Below are positions 24,114-34,251 of a stretch of DNA of 35,034 nucleotides, in pieces. Below the pieces are notes generated by a model. The model was given only the letters and a program-made list of their open reading frames with translations. It ran no database searches and was not told the origin of the DNA. Position 1 is the first letter of the stretch. Every line of letters starts with the position of its first letter. The translations under genes were made by a program, and so were the position numbers. Source of the stretch: a virus (taxonomy: Duplodnaviria > Caudoviricetes); IMG/VR virus record IMGVR_UViG_3300029822_000041, positions 1-35,034 of that record; one strand, 5' to 3'.

Positions 24114-24791
24114 TTAATACTTGATACAACGGTACAGGGCTGTGTTGCGGGGGCGGGTTTCGGGGCCGCCTGTGTTCTTAATTGTTGCGGCATCCCAATA
24201 ATCAACCATTGCACCAATTCTATATTCATTTGTGGCCCCTCCTGGATCTATCGCAGTTGTGGTTCCAGCATTGTCTATATCTGAAGCTCTAGCAGACAAT
24301 CTGTTAAATCTTTCATCGGAATAGTGGTTATGGGATTTGAACGCATCCTCCTGCCAACTGCCAAACTCCCTATCGGATCTATCGTCCCACCCGCGAATAA
24401 AATCATCGCGAAGGTCGGGAAGGTTGAAAGTAGTTAGCCCATCGCCCGCGCCATAAATGGTTCCTACTGCCGCAAATAAATTAGCGTAAGTTGTCCTGCT
24501 CACAGGCCTCCCATCTGCATAGAGCCAGCCTGCAGGCGCTGTCGGCATTGCAAAATCCATTACCGCGCCAGCAGGTATGCCGCCACTGGGCACCTCGTCG
24601 AGTTTACTCTTATCCTCGGCACTCATAAAACCATTTTTAGATGGCGTGACTAAAAGCTCATCCGTAGGAAGCTCATCTTCCGGAATCTTCCCGTTTGCAT
24701 CCAGGGTTGCCACGCCGTTAGGCCTGCCTTTTTCGTTTATCAAAATCGGGGTATCTAGCCCCTTTGCTAATTTTGTTATTTTACTACCCAT
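24114..24791 (-). CDS. tail fibre protein with phage tail-collar domain
   Basis: NGVATLDANGKIP, GFMSAEDKSKLD, IPAGAVMDFA...GWL..DG..VSRTTYANLFAAVGT...TTFNLPDLR, ETRPRN. Confidence 0.9.
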   Translation of the reverse strand: MGSKITKLAKGLDTPILINEKGRPNGVATLDANGKIPEDELPTDELLVTPSKNGFMSAEDKSKLDEVPSGGIPAGAVMDFAMPTAPAGWLYADGRPVSRTTYANLFAAVGTIYGAGDGLTTFNLPDLRDDFIRGWDDRSDREFGSWQEDAFKSHNHYSDERFNRLSARASDIDNAGTTTAIDPGGATNEYRIGAMVDYWDAATIKNTGGPETRPRNTALYRCIKY

Positions 24792-26720
24792 TTAAAACAG
24801 CCTCCTGCCCTTTGACCTAGCGCTCAAGTATCCAGCCCACTCCAACTCCTGCCAGATAATTGCATACGTGCTCCTGCGGTCGTTTGCCGCGTCCGTCACT
24901 ATCTGCGCGACATCTCCTAGCTCAATTGCAGGGTTGCCGCGCCAGTCGAACTCAATATCTCGTCTCCAAACCTTGGATGATGCAAGGATCGCTTGAGCTA
25001 TCCCTTGCGCCTGCTCTACAGTCTGTATTAGGTGGTTGCTGGGGAATTCATATCCAAGGACCCCATCTTCCCTTGCGCTCTTTTCGTCCCACTCAACGAC
25101 TTGATCGCCATCTTGTGCCTCGAGAGGTGTACCGATGGCAACCAGCGTTACGCTTGCTTCGACTGCCCCCTTGTTTTCGATTTCAATATCAGCGCCCCAG
25201 GAATATGAGTTAACCTCTACGATATTAACCCCGGCCGGTGGCTCTTCTAGCGTTGCCATAGCATCTATCGCGGGTTTTTTATTGTATTGGACCGTCACAG
25301 TCACAGTCTGATTAGCCCCTATGATGATCGGTGCATTAGAGCGGAAAACCTCTACAAGCTCACCAGGCGCTACTGGTTGCGTTATGACCGTGATTTCATT
25401 GGCCACCTGCTCGCGGCTGCTAGGAGATTTTAGCGAAAAGTAATCATCGGGACCTATGCCATATAACCCCATCAGAGCAGATGCCTCGGCTGGGAATTGA
25501 GAGCCCTGCAGAAACCAAACCCCTGACTCCTCCAGAAAAGCCTCCGTCGGAAGCTCTATGCGAATCCTGCCTTCTCGGTCACAATACACAACCGCCATGC
25601 ATGCCTCGGCTAATACACGCAACGCCTCCCTGTGCGACACTTCGCCCATCCACGCCCAGGGAATTATTACATTTTCCAGCTCGTCACTTATCATAAACTC
25701 TGTTTCGGCAAGTCCTGCATCTTCTAAAACATCCCTCGCCAACGCCGCGGCAGCCATGTTCTGCTGCGGGATGCTCGTTCTGTATGTCGTTTGTTTCAGG
25801 CTATCCATGCGGTCTAAAGCTCTCACTGTCGCCTCTAGCGCCATATCGTTCGTTTCCCATCCAGAGGCCCAGAAGATGCCTAGCGGGACCCATTCGGTGC
25901 CTTCGTCCAGATCCACGCCAAGCCAAGCCCTGATTCGCCTGTTGGGCTTAATTAAACCGTATAGCGGAGATGTGTCATTGTCCGGATCAAACCGCTTATC
26001 TTCGTTTGGCAAGCGGATGGTTATCTCGTTAGCAGAGATATTGCCAACCGGCAGGCTGCCCTGGCTCACCTCGCGCTCTTCTAAAACTCTTATTGATATT
26101 AGATTGTCGCCTTCATAAACCTGCTGAATAGAAGTGAAAAACTCAATGATTTTAGCTTGTCTGCCGGGATGCGACCATCTTATTATTGTTAAAACTTGCT
26201 TTGTAACTTCGAGAACAGGGCTCTCTAACATTGCTGACCACTCAATGGAATTATTATCAAATACTGTCTCTGTATATAATAAAGAGTTGTTGATATCGTA
26301 TAAATCTATCGTAAAATCAACTGGGTATTCTTTGCGCGCAGAATCGCCCACCACCGTAAGGGTGTGGATCGGCCTGTGCGCATGGGTTAACGTCAGGGCG
26401 GGATAAGGGGCAGAGAAAAAGCCGTCTATGTCTGCCAGTTGTGTACCCCACCAGCCTAACTGATGCCGATCTGCACTATCTGGCGCCAACCTCCAGGGCT
26501 GGCCCAGTACCCATGTGCCATCGAGACAGGCCCAGGTATAAGGCACCGTAGTAACTCCATCCGCGGTTTGGGAAAGAAATGAAATGCGCGCCTGCTCGTT
26601 TGCCGTTACCTCAATAGACTGATCGATGATAGGATCTGTATAGTCAATTATGCACTTCGCCTTAATTTGCCGTTTCTGCGAACGCATTAGGTTGTGAAAT
26701 GATTGCGAAACTGGATACAT
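24792..26720 (-). CDS. tail tip / baseplate hub (Tal-like) protein
   Basis: Follows Dit; WVPLGIFW, DREGRI, WRGNPAIELGD motifs. Confidence 0.8.
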   Translation of the reverse strand: MYPVSQSFHNLMRSQKRQIKAKCIIDYTDPIIDQSIEVTANEQARISFLSQTADGVTTVPYTWACLDGTWVLGQPWRLAPDSADRHQLGWWGTQLADIDGFFSAPYPALTLTHAHRPIHTLTVVGDSARKEYPVDFTIDLYDINNSLLYTETVFDNNSIEWSAMLESPVLEVTKQVLTIIRWSHPGRQAKIIEFFTSIQQVYEGDNLISIRVLEEREVSQGSLPVGNISANEITIRLPNEDKRFDPDNDTSPLYGLIKPNRRIRAWLGVDLDEGTEWVPLGIFWASGWETNDMALEATVRALDRMDSLKQTTYRTSIPQQNMAAAALARDVLEDAGLAETEFMISDELENVIIPWAWMGEVSHREALRVLAEACMAVVYCDREGRIRIELPTEAFLEESGVWFLQGSQFPAEASALMGLYGIGPDDYFSLKSPSSREQVANEITVITQPVAPGELVEVFRSNAPIIIGANQTVTVTVQYNKKPAIDAMATLEEPPAGVNIVEVNSYSWGADIEIENKGAVEASVTLVAIGTPLEAQDGDQVVEWDEKSAREDGVLGYEFPSNHLIQTVEQAQGIAQAILASSKVWRRDIEFDWRGNPAIELGDVAQIVTDAANDRRSTYAIIWQELEWAGYLSARSKGRRLF

Positions 26721-26731
26721 ACAACCACCGC

Positions 26732-27085
26732 CTACTGCTCAATGAATGGTACAGAGACTTCCTGCCAATACCTGATTCCGTTTCTCATGTGCCAAAGAGA
26801 GGTTATGATATCACCGGCATAACAGGGCATTGTTTTTTGACCGCCTGCATCAGGATATGATAGCGCGAAAAAGGGTTTGTTGGCCGTGATGGCGTTCAGG
26901 ATTTTTTGGAGTTCTGGATCCGGCAGGTACTGCCAGGAAACATCCACTCGCCGAATGTTAGCTCGGATGATCTCCATCACCATCCGTCCGGATGCGGTCC
27001 TGTTGGCTTTCGTTAAATCATAGCGTCCCACCGATACCTCAGCAGGACGCGCTACTTGTATACCAGCTATTATTATTTGTGCCAT
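26732..27085 (-). CDS. distal tail (Dit-like) protein
   Basis: Immediately after the TMP; RTASGRMV motif; ends FIEQ. Confidence 0.8.
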   Translation of the reverse strand: MAQIIIAGIQVARPAEVSVGRYDLTKANRTASGRMVMEIIRANIRRVDVSWQYLPDPELQKILNAITANKPFFALSYPDAGGQKTMPCYAGDIITSLWHMRNGIRYWQEVSVPFIEQ

Positions 27086-27088
27086 GAT

Positions 27089-30000
27089 TTATACCCCCTG
27101 TGGACGGACTACAAATTGCATATCTTGTCTCTGTCCCTCGCGAATAAGCACAGGTAGGACCGCTTGCGCGAATTTAGCACCGTCAATACTCAAGACGATT
27201 TCGCGATCTCCATCGTTAGATGATCCGGAAGCCTGCCCTACTCTCGTTGCAGTCACCATAGCCTGATAGACGGCTTGTCCTACGCTATCTGCTATTACGT
27301 TGTCGCGCTCAAGTGGAATTACTGCCTCTTTTCTGCCGCCCTCTCCCAGCTGCGCGAATGTCGGACCAGTGACAATGCCGCCTGTCGCCAGTCCAACGAC
27401 ACCCTTAAATGCGTTGGTCGCCTTAGCTGCGACAGAGCCAATAGCGGCGATTGCAGCGGCTATAGTGCCTCCAGCAAGCACGGGCGCAAAGGGCCCGCTC
27501 CATGCGTAAAATGCTACTAGGGTAGCGTATGCTTGGGAGATAAGAGCTCCTACAACCTTTGCCGATGATGCCACGACGCCAAGCACCCACGATCCCATAG
27601 TCGCCAGAGAGTTTGTCACAACTTGAGACAGTTGCTGTACTAGCACCTGTTTTGCTACGTCGCCCATACCGGTCATAACCGATTGAAAGGCATCGCTCAT
27701 AGCCATGGAGCCCTTTATGATGCCGCTAAAAGTCTGGTTAAACACTCCCTGCATCCCCGATGTTATATTTTGAGACACAGACTGCAACCCTCGGCCAAAG
27801 ACAGTCATAGTGGCCAGTGACGTATCAGACATGTCAAAAAACCCATCCACAACGCCATGGCTCATGTCTGTTACGATAGATTTACTGTCTTTTTCCCATC
27901 TTTTGAACCAATCTGTAGATTCCATCACGAGATCCGGGACAATCGAACCGCCAACTATTTTCATATACATATTTTTGACAGAGCTAGTAACGCTATCGGC
28001 CCAAGATTTAACAGTCGATAGTGTCCGTTTCGGTAAATCCTTAAGCCATTTGACTATGCCGTTAGTCATATCTTTGACGGCATTAATAGTATTGGTGCTC
28101 ATATTTTTTATTTTAGAAACTATATCACTTGCAAAGCTGAATATAGACTTCGTGCCCTTACTTACAGCATCGGAAATCCACTTCGCAATACCGCTAGCCA
28201 TGTCTTTTACAGCGTTTATAGCGTTTGTGCTCATGTTTTTAAGCTTACTTACAATATTGCTAGCAAAATCATATATTGCACCAGTGGACTTGCTTGTTGC
28301 ATCAGAAATTATCTTGGTGAAATTGTTCCAGGTGTCACTGGCGAGAGACGCTATACCATTCCATAAACCAAAAAGGAAGTCTTTGATTGCGTTCCACGCA
28401 TTGACCGTATTGTCGCGGATGGTGTTCCACGTGTTTTTAATAAACTCGGATATGCTATCCCAAGCTGTGATGGCGGCTTCGGCTACCCCATCCCATAATC
28501 CAACAAGGAAATCTCTAATTGATTCCCATACCATGATAGTTATAGTCTTTGTAGCCTCCCATGCCGTGCTTATTATATCTTTGAGCCAATCCCAAACGGT
28601 TGTCGCTACCAAAGCAATGCCATCCCAAAGACCGAAGAGAAACTCTTTTATTGCCTCCCATACGGTGATCGTGATGGTTTCTGTGGCCTCCCATGCAGCT
28701 GAAACTATGCTTGCAAGCCTGCCCCAGGTTGTAGTTGCTAGGCTTACAATACCATCCCAAAGAGTACCTAGCCATTCGGAGACAGCATTCCAAACCGTTT
28801 CAGTGGTTTCTTTGATTTTGTCCCAGTTGTTGACAATAAGATATACCAAAATGCCAATAGGGCCCGTAAAGACTGCCAGCAGAAGATCCCACCATTCAGC
28901 GAAAAAAGCTTTAATGCTATCCCAGATCTTAACTGCGGTTTCTTTGATCCACCCCCAGGCGCCAACGACCCAGTCGCTAATTGCAGTCCAGATTCTAATT
29001 GTAGCTTCTTTTATTTCATCCCAATTTAAAATAATAGCCGTTACTACGGCTGCAACTGCAGCTATAACCCACCCAATGGGCCCCATGGATGCAATCCATG
29101 CCGCTGCCACCTTGGCCGCGCTTATGGTAGCCTGGATGCCTAGCCATACCCATTTAGCGCCGGCTATGGCCATTTGTGCAACGTGCACCGCCACAGATGC
29201 TATTGCTTCAGCTTTGGATGACACCCAAGCCGCTACCATTTTTGCGCCGGCAATTGTAGCCTCTAGGCCGAGTTTTATAAATTTCGCCGTGAGAACAAGA
29301 GCGATTAGTCCCGCTAGATCTTCGATAATCGGCCCGATGGTCGGCCAGTTGTCTTTTATCCACTGCACTGCCTTATTCACGGGCTCCATCGAATCCTTGA
29401 GTTTATCCCACGCCTTAGATGCGTTTTCGGCAGCCTTAGAGAGTGTATCTCCTATGTTAGAGGCTATATCACCTATGCCACCCATCGCTATATCAGGTAT
29501 CTCTATATCAGGCATCTCTATATCAGGAGTAGAGCTACCCATATCTTCTTGTAGCTCGTGGACTTCATCAAATGATTGCAAGTTCTTGCCAGCGGATTTG
29601 CTTGCGTCTTTCATCGCCTTGCCTAATCCATTCTGGCTGTCTGCTGCCTTCTTGCCTTCTTCAGATACTTTCTTTTGCGCCTTGGCAGCTTGATCTGCAG
29701 CTTTAGCTGCGCTTATCGTTGACTTAGCCGATGCCAATGCTGCGCCAGCAGAGTTTTTAAGCCCATTAGCGACACCGGTAACAGAAGTTGCCATCCCTCG
29801 CATAGCCGGAATAAAAACCGCTATCACTCTATAAATGTATGAAATACCGCGCACGATTAACGATGCGCTATAAAGCACAGTTGCGCTAATAGCACCCCAG
29901 GCCGCTTGCGCCCATACCTTGACCTTGTCCCAGTTTGCCGCCAAGAGGATTGCTATAGTAATAAGAGCCCCGATAGCCAGGATCGTCATTTTGACAGGTC

Positions 30001-31399
30001 CGCCCGCTAGATAAACGAGAGATTCGCCCAGTGTAGCCGCTCCCACTTTCCACGACTGAAAAGCGAATGCCGCATTGCCAATAAAGCCGGTTAGGCTACT
30101 GTAGAAACCGAGTGCTCCGGCGATCGTGCGGTTAAGGAGCGCAAACATCAGATTAGCCGGTCCGATGGCAGCGAATAAAAGTAGAATATTGCCGGTTATA
30201 ACTCTGATTGGTTTCGGCAGCTTTGCGAAGCCCTCTCCCATATTTTTAAGCACTCCAACAAGCTTCTCGGCTTTCGTCATTGCCATTTCTAGTAATGGAG
30301 CGAAGGCCCCGCCGAAAGCTATTGCCGCGTTATATGCGCGATTTCTAAGCATCTTAAGCCTAGCTGCAACGGTCTTAAATCGTTTTGCAGCCTTTTCCGA
30401 AAGGTAAGTATTTTCTTCCCATGCTTTTGAGCCGATCCGCATGGATTTGCTAAGTAGATCCCCGGCACCTGCCACAGACAGGAACCCGCGAATCAATCTT
30501 TGATCTGAAAGCCCAAGGTTTTTCAATATGCCGAAAGCCTGATTGCCAGAGTATCCCAAACCCTCAACAAACCTTGTGAATGCCTTCCCTGCATCTTCTT
30601 TCCATGCGGCAGAGAATTCCGCAGTAGACATGCCTGCTGTGGCAGCAAACATTTTAAGGTTTTTATTGCCGGTCGATACGGCTTCAGTCATGCCGATTAA
30701 AACTTTAGATACTGCCGTACCTCCAGCTTCCGCTTCGATTCCGACGGAGCCGAAAGCGCCACCAATTGCCATCACCTGCGCTTCGGATAGCCCGGCTATC
30801 TTCCCTGCACCTGCGATATTGAGCGAAAAATCAACCACTTTCTGCTCGGTGGTGGCAAGGTTGTTACCCAAAGCTAAAGCCGTTGAGCCATATCTTTCAA
30901 AAGACTTTTGCCCAGTCTGCATGATATTATCAATCTGCGCAAAACCTGTGCCTGCCGCTTCTGCACTCATTGTAGTTGTAGCGCCTACCTTGGCCATGGT
31001 CTCCGTAAACTCAATAACATTATCGGTCTGGATACCTAGCTGCCCTGCGCTTTCGGCAATGGTAGCAATCTCGCGATGCGCTAGAGGCACTCTTTCTGCT
31101 AGATCTTTTAATGATTCATCTAGCTCTAACATCTGCCCAGCTGTGCCATCCATAGATTTGCTGACCCCTGCAAAAGCATCTTCCCAATCCACAGCCGCCT
31201 TGGTTACGATGGCAAGACCGGCCATTATTGGGGCAGTTACCCCCGTGGTCCAGCGCCTACCCACGCTTTCCATTTGACGCGCTGAGCGCATGAATTCTTT
31301 TTCGGTCGATTTTACGGCTCGGGCCGCTCTGCCCATGGTTCGCTCGAAGTCTGTAGCGCTAGCTGTGAGCACTACAGCCATACTTCCCACAGTCGCCAT
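27089..31399 (-). CDS. tape measure protein
   Basis: 1436 aa, TP901-type core (WEDAFAGV, AESAGQLGI, LGNNLATTE, AEAGGTA), 11-residue Trp repeats, LATGGIV C-terminus. Confidence 0.95.
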   Translation of the reverse strand: MATVGSMAVVLTASATDFERTMGRAARAVKSTEKEFMRSARQMESVGRRWTTGVTAPIMAGLAIVTKAAVDWEDAFAGVSKSMDGTAGQMLELDESLKDLAERVPLAHREIATIAESAGQLGIQTDNVIEFTETMAKVGATTTMSAEAAGTGFAQIDNIMQTGQKSFERYGSTALALGNNLATTEQKVVDFSLNIAGAGKIAGLSEAQVMAIGGAFGSVGIEAEAGGTAVSKVLIGMTEAVSTGNKNLKMFAATAGMSTAEFSAAWKEDAGKAFTRFVEGLGYSGNQAFGILKNLGLSDQRLIRGFLSVAGAGDLLSKSMRIGSKAWEENTYLSEKAAKRFKTVAARLKMLRNRAYNAAIAFGGAFAPLLEMAMTKAEKLVGVLKNMGEGFAKLPKPIRVITGNILLLFAAIGPANLMFALLNRTIAGALGFYSSLTGFIGNAAFAFQSWKVGAATLGESLVYLAGGPVKMTILAIGALITIAILLAANWDKVKVWAQAAWGAISATVLYSASLIVRGISYIYRVIAVFIPAMRGMATSVTGVANGLKNSAGAALASAKSTISAAKAADQAAKAQKKVSEEGKKAADSQNGLGKAMKDASKSAGKNLQSFDEVHELQEDMGSSTPDIEMPDIEIPDIAMGGIGDIASNIGDTLSKAAENASKAWDKLKDSMEPVNKAVQWIKDNWPTIGPIIEDLAGLIALVLTAKFIKLGLEATIAGAKMVAAWVSSKAEAIASVAVHVAQMAIAGAKWVWLGIQATISAAKVAAAWIASMGPIGWVIAAVAAVVTAIILNWDEIKEATIRIWTAISDWVVGAWGWIKETAVKIWDSIKAFFAEWWDLLLAVFTGPIGILVYLIVNNWDKIKETTETVWNAVSEWLGTLWDGIVSLATTTWGRLASIVSAAWEATETITITVWEAIKEFLFGLWDGIALVATTVWDWLKDIISTAWEATKTITIMVWESIRDFLVGLWDGVAEAAITAWDSISEFIKNTWNTIRDNTVNAWNAIKDFLFGLWNGIASLASDTWNNFTKIISDATSKSTGAIYDFASNIVSKLKNMSTNAINAVKDMASGIAKWISDAVSKGTKSIFSFASDIVSKIKNMSTNTINAVKDMTNGIVKWLKDLPKRTLSTVKSWADSVTSSVKNMYMKIVGGSIVPDLVMESTDWFKRWEKDSKSIVTDMSHGVVDGFFDMSDTSLATMTVFGRGLQSVSQNITSGMQGVFNQTFSGIIKGSMAMSDAFQSVMTGMGDVAKQVLVQQLSQVVTNSLATMGSWVLGVVASSAKVVGALISQAYATLVAFYAWSGPFAPVLAGGTIAAAIAAIGSVAAKATNAFKGVVGLATGGIVTGPTFAQLGEGGRKEAVIPLERDNVIADSVGQAVYQAMVTATRVGQASGSSNDGDREIVLSIDGAKFAQAVLPVLIREGQRQDMQFVVRPQGV

Positions 31400-31439
31400 G
31401 CCCTCACCACCTTTCTATAAAAAGAAAAAAGGATAGCTT

Positions 31440-31787
31440 TTAACTATCCTTTTTGACTGCAGTTTTAAACCACATCTCCAACAGTTGAGCTTGTTCTTCC
31501 CAAGACTGTTCTTTGTTTTTGCTCGGGCCACGTTCCGGCATAAAATCAGACGGCGCGTAAGGCTTTCGCCTTTTCTTTGGATCCCGGTTCGCGTTTGCAA
31601 TAGTGCTCGCAATTGAGCCAGCCCGCCAATCCTCAACCTCTGTGCCCCAAGGCTCGAATTCGAAATAAGCGCCCCATTCGGAGAGCTCCCGACTGTCAAT
31701 TCTGGCCAGGAGTTCTCTCACTGTCATTCCAAGCGCCAGAGCTAGTCTAAAGTAGAATCGTCGCTCTGGTCGCTCTCGGAGTTTTTT
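31440..31787 (-). CDS. tail assembly chaperone, -1 frameshift (gpGT-like) portion
   Basis: Frame open from A_AAA_AAC (31787-31781): KLRERPERRFYFRLALALGMTVRELL...ELSEW. Confidence 0.85.
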   Translation of the reverse strand, partial: KKLRERPERRFYFRLALALGMTVRELLARIDSRELSEWGAYFEFEPWGTEVEDWRAGSIASTIANANRDPKKRRKPYAPSDFMPERGPSKNKEQSWEEQAQLLEMWFKTAVKKDS

Positions 31788-32137
31788 ATCATCTCATCCA
31801 CATCGTCGGATGAAAGTCCAGATAGTCTCTGCGCAACTTCAAAAACTCTGTTTAGTGCCAGGGCTGATTTTCGACCTAACAACTTAGCATCCTCTTCGCC
31901 AAAAAGCCTCTTTCCATCTTCATCCACAGCAGAGAGAGCAACTAGCTTAGCCCTCATATTTCTCAAGTTCATTTTTGTTGATTTCCCTTTTCGCTCGACG
32001 ATTGACTGCTCAAAAGCATCTCTCTCGGCTCCTGCGAGTGCCCTGACGTAAACCTCTCCGCCCCACTCTGGGACTGGCACTAGCTCTTTCGGTAGATCGT
32101 CCGCTCCTAAAATCGCATCACGTGTTAATAAAGCCAT
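31742..32137 (-). CDS. tail assembly chaperone (gpG-like)
   Basis: VPVPEWGGEVYVRAL; lies between the major tail protein and the TMP. Confidence 0.88.
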   Translation of the reverse strand: MALLTRDAILGADDLPKELVPVPEWGGEVYVRALAGAERDAFEQSIVERKGKSTKMNLRNMRAKLVALSAVDEDGKRLFGEEDAKLLGRKSALALNRVFEVAQRLSGLSSDDVDEMIKNSESDQSDDSTLD

Positions 32138-32147
32138 GATTTACCTC

Positions 32148-32576
32148 CTAAATTGTTGTAATTTCGCCAAATTCGTATACGCCTGTAAGCGCTAGGGTAA
32201 CTTCAGCCTGCACTACTTCTCCCGCGCTGATTTCCTGGGGCTGGTATGCAGTACAGAGGGCATCAAAAGTCCATCCGTAGTCATTGGGCAGCTTGATGCG
32301 GTATTTCTTGGCCAAACCGGCCCGGAAGTCGCCTTCTAGATCTGTGTGCCCTTGATTCGTTGGATCAAAGTTCAATGTTAAACTTGCTTCTCCGGCGTCG
32401 ATCAGTCCGACTAGCTTTTTCTTGACTTCCCCGACAGGATCGAGTTCGTCAACCTCGACAACTTCTCTTTCTGGCTGCGGGGGAGTAATTGAAGCAACCT
32501 GCGCAATCTCCTCAAAAGTGCCACTGGCAGATCCTTCTCGGTAAAACTTTGTTTTTAATCCTGTAAATTCGCCCAT
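32148..32576 (-). CDS. major tail tube protein
   Basis: GLIDAGEASLTLNFDP motif; position. Confidence 0.88.
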   Translation of the reverse strand: MGEFTGLKTKFYREGSASGTFEEIAQVASITPPQPEREVVEVDELDPVGEVKKKLVGLIDAGEASLTLNFDPTNQGHTDLEGDFRAGLAKKYRIKLPNDYGWTFDALCTAYQPQEISAGEVVQAEVTLALTGVYEFGEITTI

Positions 32577-32578
32577 TT

Positions 32579-32974
32579 TTAGTCCTCCTTATAAATAATC
32601 ATAATATCTACATGATGGTAAATCTCAACATCCTGATCTACCTGCCTGTCGTTGTCAACCGTGGCCAAAATAACATTTAATACCCCGGCCATCATCCCAG
32701 TAAACCCTTCTGCCGCTAAAATAACCGCCCTGGCAGCCTTTTCCGCGTCTGGTTGGGTATCGGCCATTGCGGTTACTTGTAATCTCGCCCGGCAATAAGC
32801 AACGCCATCCAAAACACGATAAGGGACCCGGCTAATAGTCGGGTGGATAACAATCAGCGGTTTTTCTGCGTCTAGTGGCGCCCGTCGCTGATATATCCTA
32901 CCCCCTACCGCCGCTTGTACCCCGGGATCTGCTCGCAGGTGGGCATATAAGGCTTGTCTCGGTTCTACGCTCAT
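32579..32974 (-). CDS. tail terminator (DUF3168-like)
   Basis: L.AD..V.A.VGGRIY, RLQV motifs; position. Confidence 0.85.
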   Translation of the reverse strand: MSVEPRQALYAHLRADPGVQAAVGGRIYQRRAPLDAEKPLIVIHPTISRVPYRVLDGVAYCRARLQVTAMADTQPDAEKAARAVILAAEGFTGMMAGVLNVILATVDNDRQVDQDVEIYHHVDIMIIYKED

Positions 32975-33423
32975 AAACCCAACCTCGCTTTCAATGCCTC
33001 GGTCATAACTTTTTGCGCTTCCTCCGCTTTCTCGTCAAGCGCTGGCCGGAGGAAAGGACGTGGGTCAACTCTTTCATCTTTTTTGCCGCCATATATCCTC
33101 ACTCTTCCGCTGGTCTTCACCACGCGCTTCCCGCCCTTGACCTTTGCGTGCCCCTCTTCAACAAGGCGCCCATACCAAGCTTTTTCTCCTGGTCCAATGT
33201 GGATCTCAACCCTGGCTTTCGTCTGTTTTTTAACTTCTTTTTCGATGTTTTCTGCCAGGATGCCGGTTGCGCCGCGCGGAGCCTTATTGGCCGCTTCTTT
33301 GCGTATAACCTCCGCGCCCTCAAGTGCAGTCTCGCGTATGTGTTTTTTAGCCGTTTCTTCAGCCAACATCTGCAACCTACGGGCGATCTTGTCTCCACCT
33401 TCGACTTTCATACGGACCCTCAC
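32971..33423 (-). CDS. HK97 gp10-like tail completion protein
   Basis: APRGATGIL, WYGRLVEEG, PRPFLRPALD; start probably at 33423 or nearby rather than 33453. Confidence 0.88.
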   Translation of the reverse strand: MRVRMKVEGGDKIARRLQMLAEETAKKHIRETALEGAEVIRKEAANKAPRGATGILAENIEKEVKKQTKARVEIHIGPGEKAWYGRLVEEGHAKVKGGKRVVKTSGRVRIYGGKKDERVDPRPFLRPALDEKAEEAQKVMTEALKARLGL

Positions 33424-33776
33424 TGTCGCCTCATCACCTTCAGCTTGATCCACATCCCATCGTCTTTGAGATGGTCGATGTGTTTGATGTCGTAGGTATC
33501 ACCTTCATAAATAATTCTGTGTGTGTCGGTTTTAAGCTCGTCCAAAAACGCTACATGTCTAACGACAAATTCGACAGTCTTCTCTTCGCCATCAGCAAGG
33601 GCCGCGTAATACTCGCTGCCCCACAAGTCGCTTTTTTCGACCCGCAACTTGCGCCAATCGTTCCAGTCCGTCACCGTATCACCGTATTGATTTGTGATTG
33701 TTTCTTTTTTCTGCACAATGAGCTTCCGCCGGCGGACCCGGGCCAAGTCGCGCATGACTTCCGCTTTAGACTTCAT
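33420..33776 (-). CDS. head closure / head-tail adaptor (SPP1 gp16-like)
   Basis: G.EYYAA, RIIYEGDTYDIKHID. Confidence 0.85.
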   Translation of the reverse strand: MKSKAEVMRDLARVRRRKLIVQKKETITNQYGDTVTDWNDWRKLRVEKSDLWGSEYYAALADGEEKTVEFVVRHVAFLDELKTDTHRIIYEGDTYDIKHIDHLKDDGMWIKLKVMRRQ

Positions 33777-34065
33777 CTGGTACCACGTCCCCCGCGGGCA
33801 TCTCGGCGACCCCCGTCATAAGCTGCAGCCTTAAGATTTCCTGCTGAAAGTTTTCTTCGAAGTACTCGCTGGCGTTGTTATAGACATAGCGGCAATAGTC
33901 AAAAAGCAAAGACCGCGGCAAGCCCTCTGTTAAAAAATCAAGTTCTGCACCAACAAGGCTATTCAAATGTGCCTTGCCTCGATCTACGATGCTTTGAATG
34001 TTACTGTCTTCATCGTTCCAGGTGATTTTGAGATAGTCTTTAACTGCCTGCAGCATGCGCATCAC
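33766..34065 (-). CDS. head-tail connector (gp6/gp15-like)
   Basis: VKDYLKITWNDED, LLFDYCRYVYNNASEYFEENF. Confidence 0.88.
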   Translation of the reverse strand: MMRMLQAVKDYLKITWNDEDSNIQSIVDRGKAHLNSLVGAELDFLTEGLPRSLLFDYCRYVYNNASEYFEENFQQEILRLQLMTGVAEMPAGDVVPDEV

Positions 34066-34245
34066 CTACTTCTTGGACTTTGTGGCCTTGGGCTTCTTCG
34101 GCTCATCAATGGGATCAACAAGGACCCCGTGTGGGGTCCCGTTGATTTCTTCGAATCGCTTCTCGGTCAGTGTGATGATCTGGTCTTTTTGATAGTGTTC
34201 TTTCGTGTGTTTGTCCCTAAATGGTCTGATCACTCTAGCCTTCAT
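34066..34245 (-). CDS. small post-capsid protein (59 aa, not in ORF track)
   Basis: MKARVIRPFRDKHTKEHYQKDQIITLTEKRFEEIN...; typical small gene between capsid and connector. Confidence 0.75.
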   Translation of the reverse strand: MKARVIRPFRDKHTKEHYQKDQIITLTEKRFEEINGTPHGVLVDPIDEPKKPKATKSKK

Positions 34246-34251
34246 CCTCTA

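Noticed and set aside
27810-29693. 627-aa plus-strand ORF and other long antisense ORFs over the tape measure gene
   Set aside because: Antisense shadows produced by the codon bias of the Ala/Ile/Trp-repeat TMP
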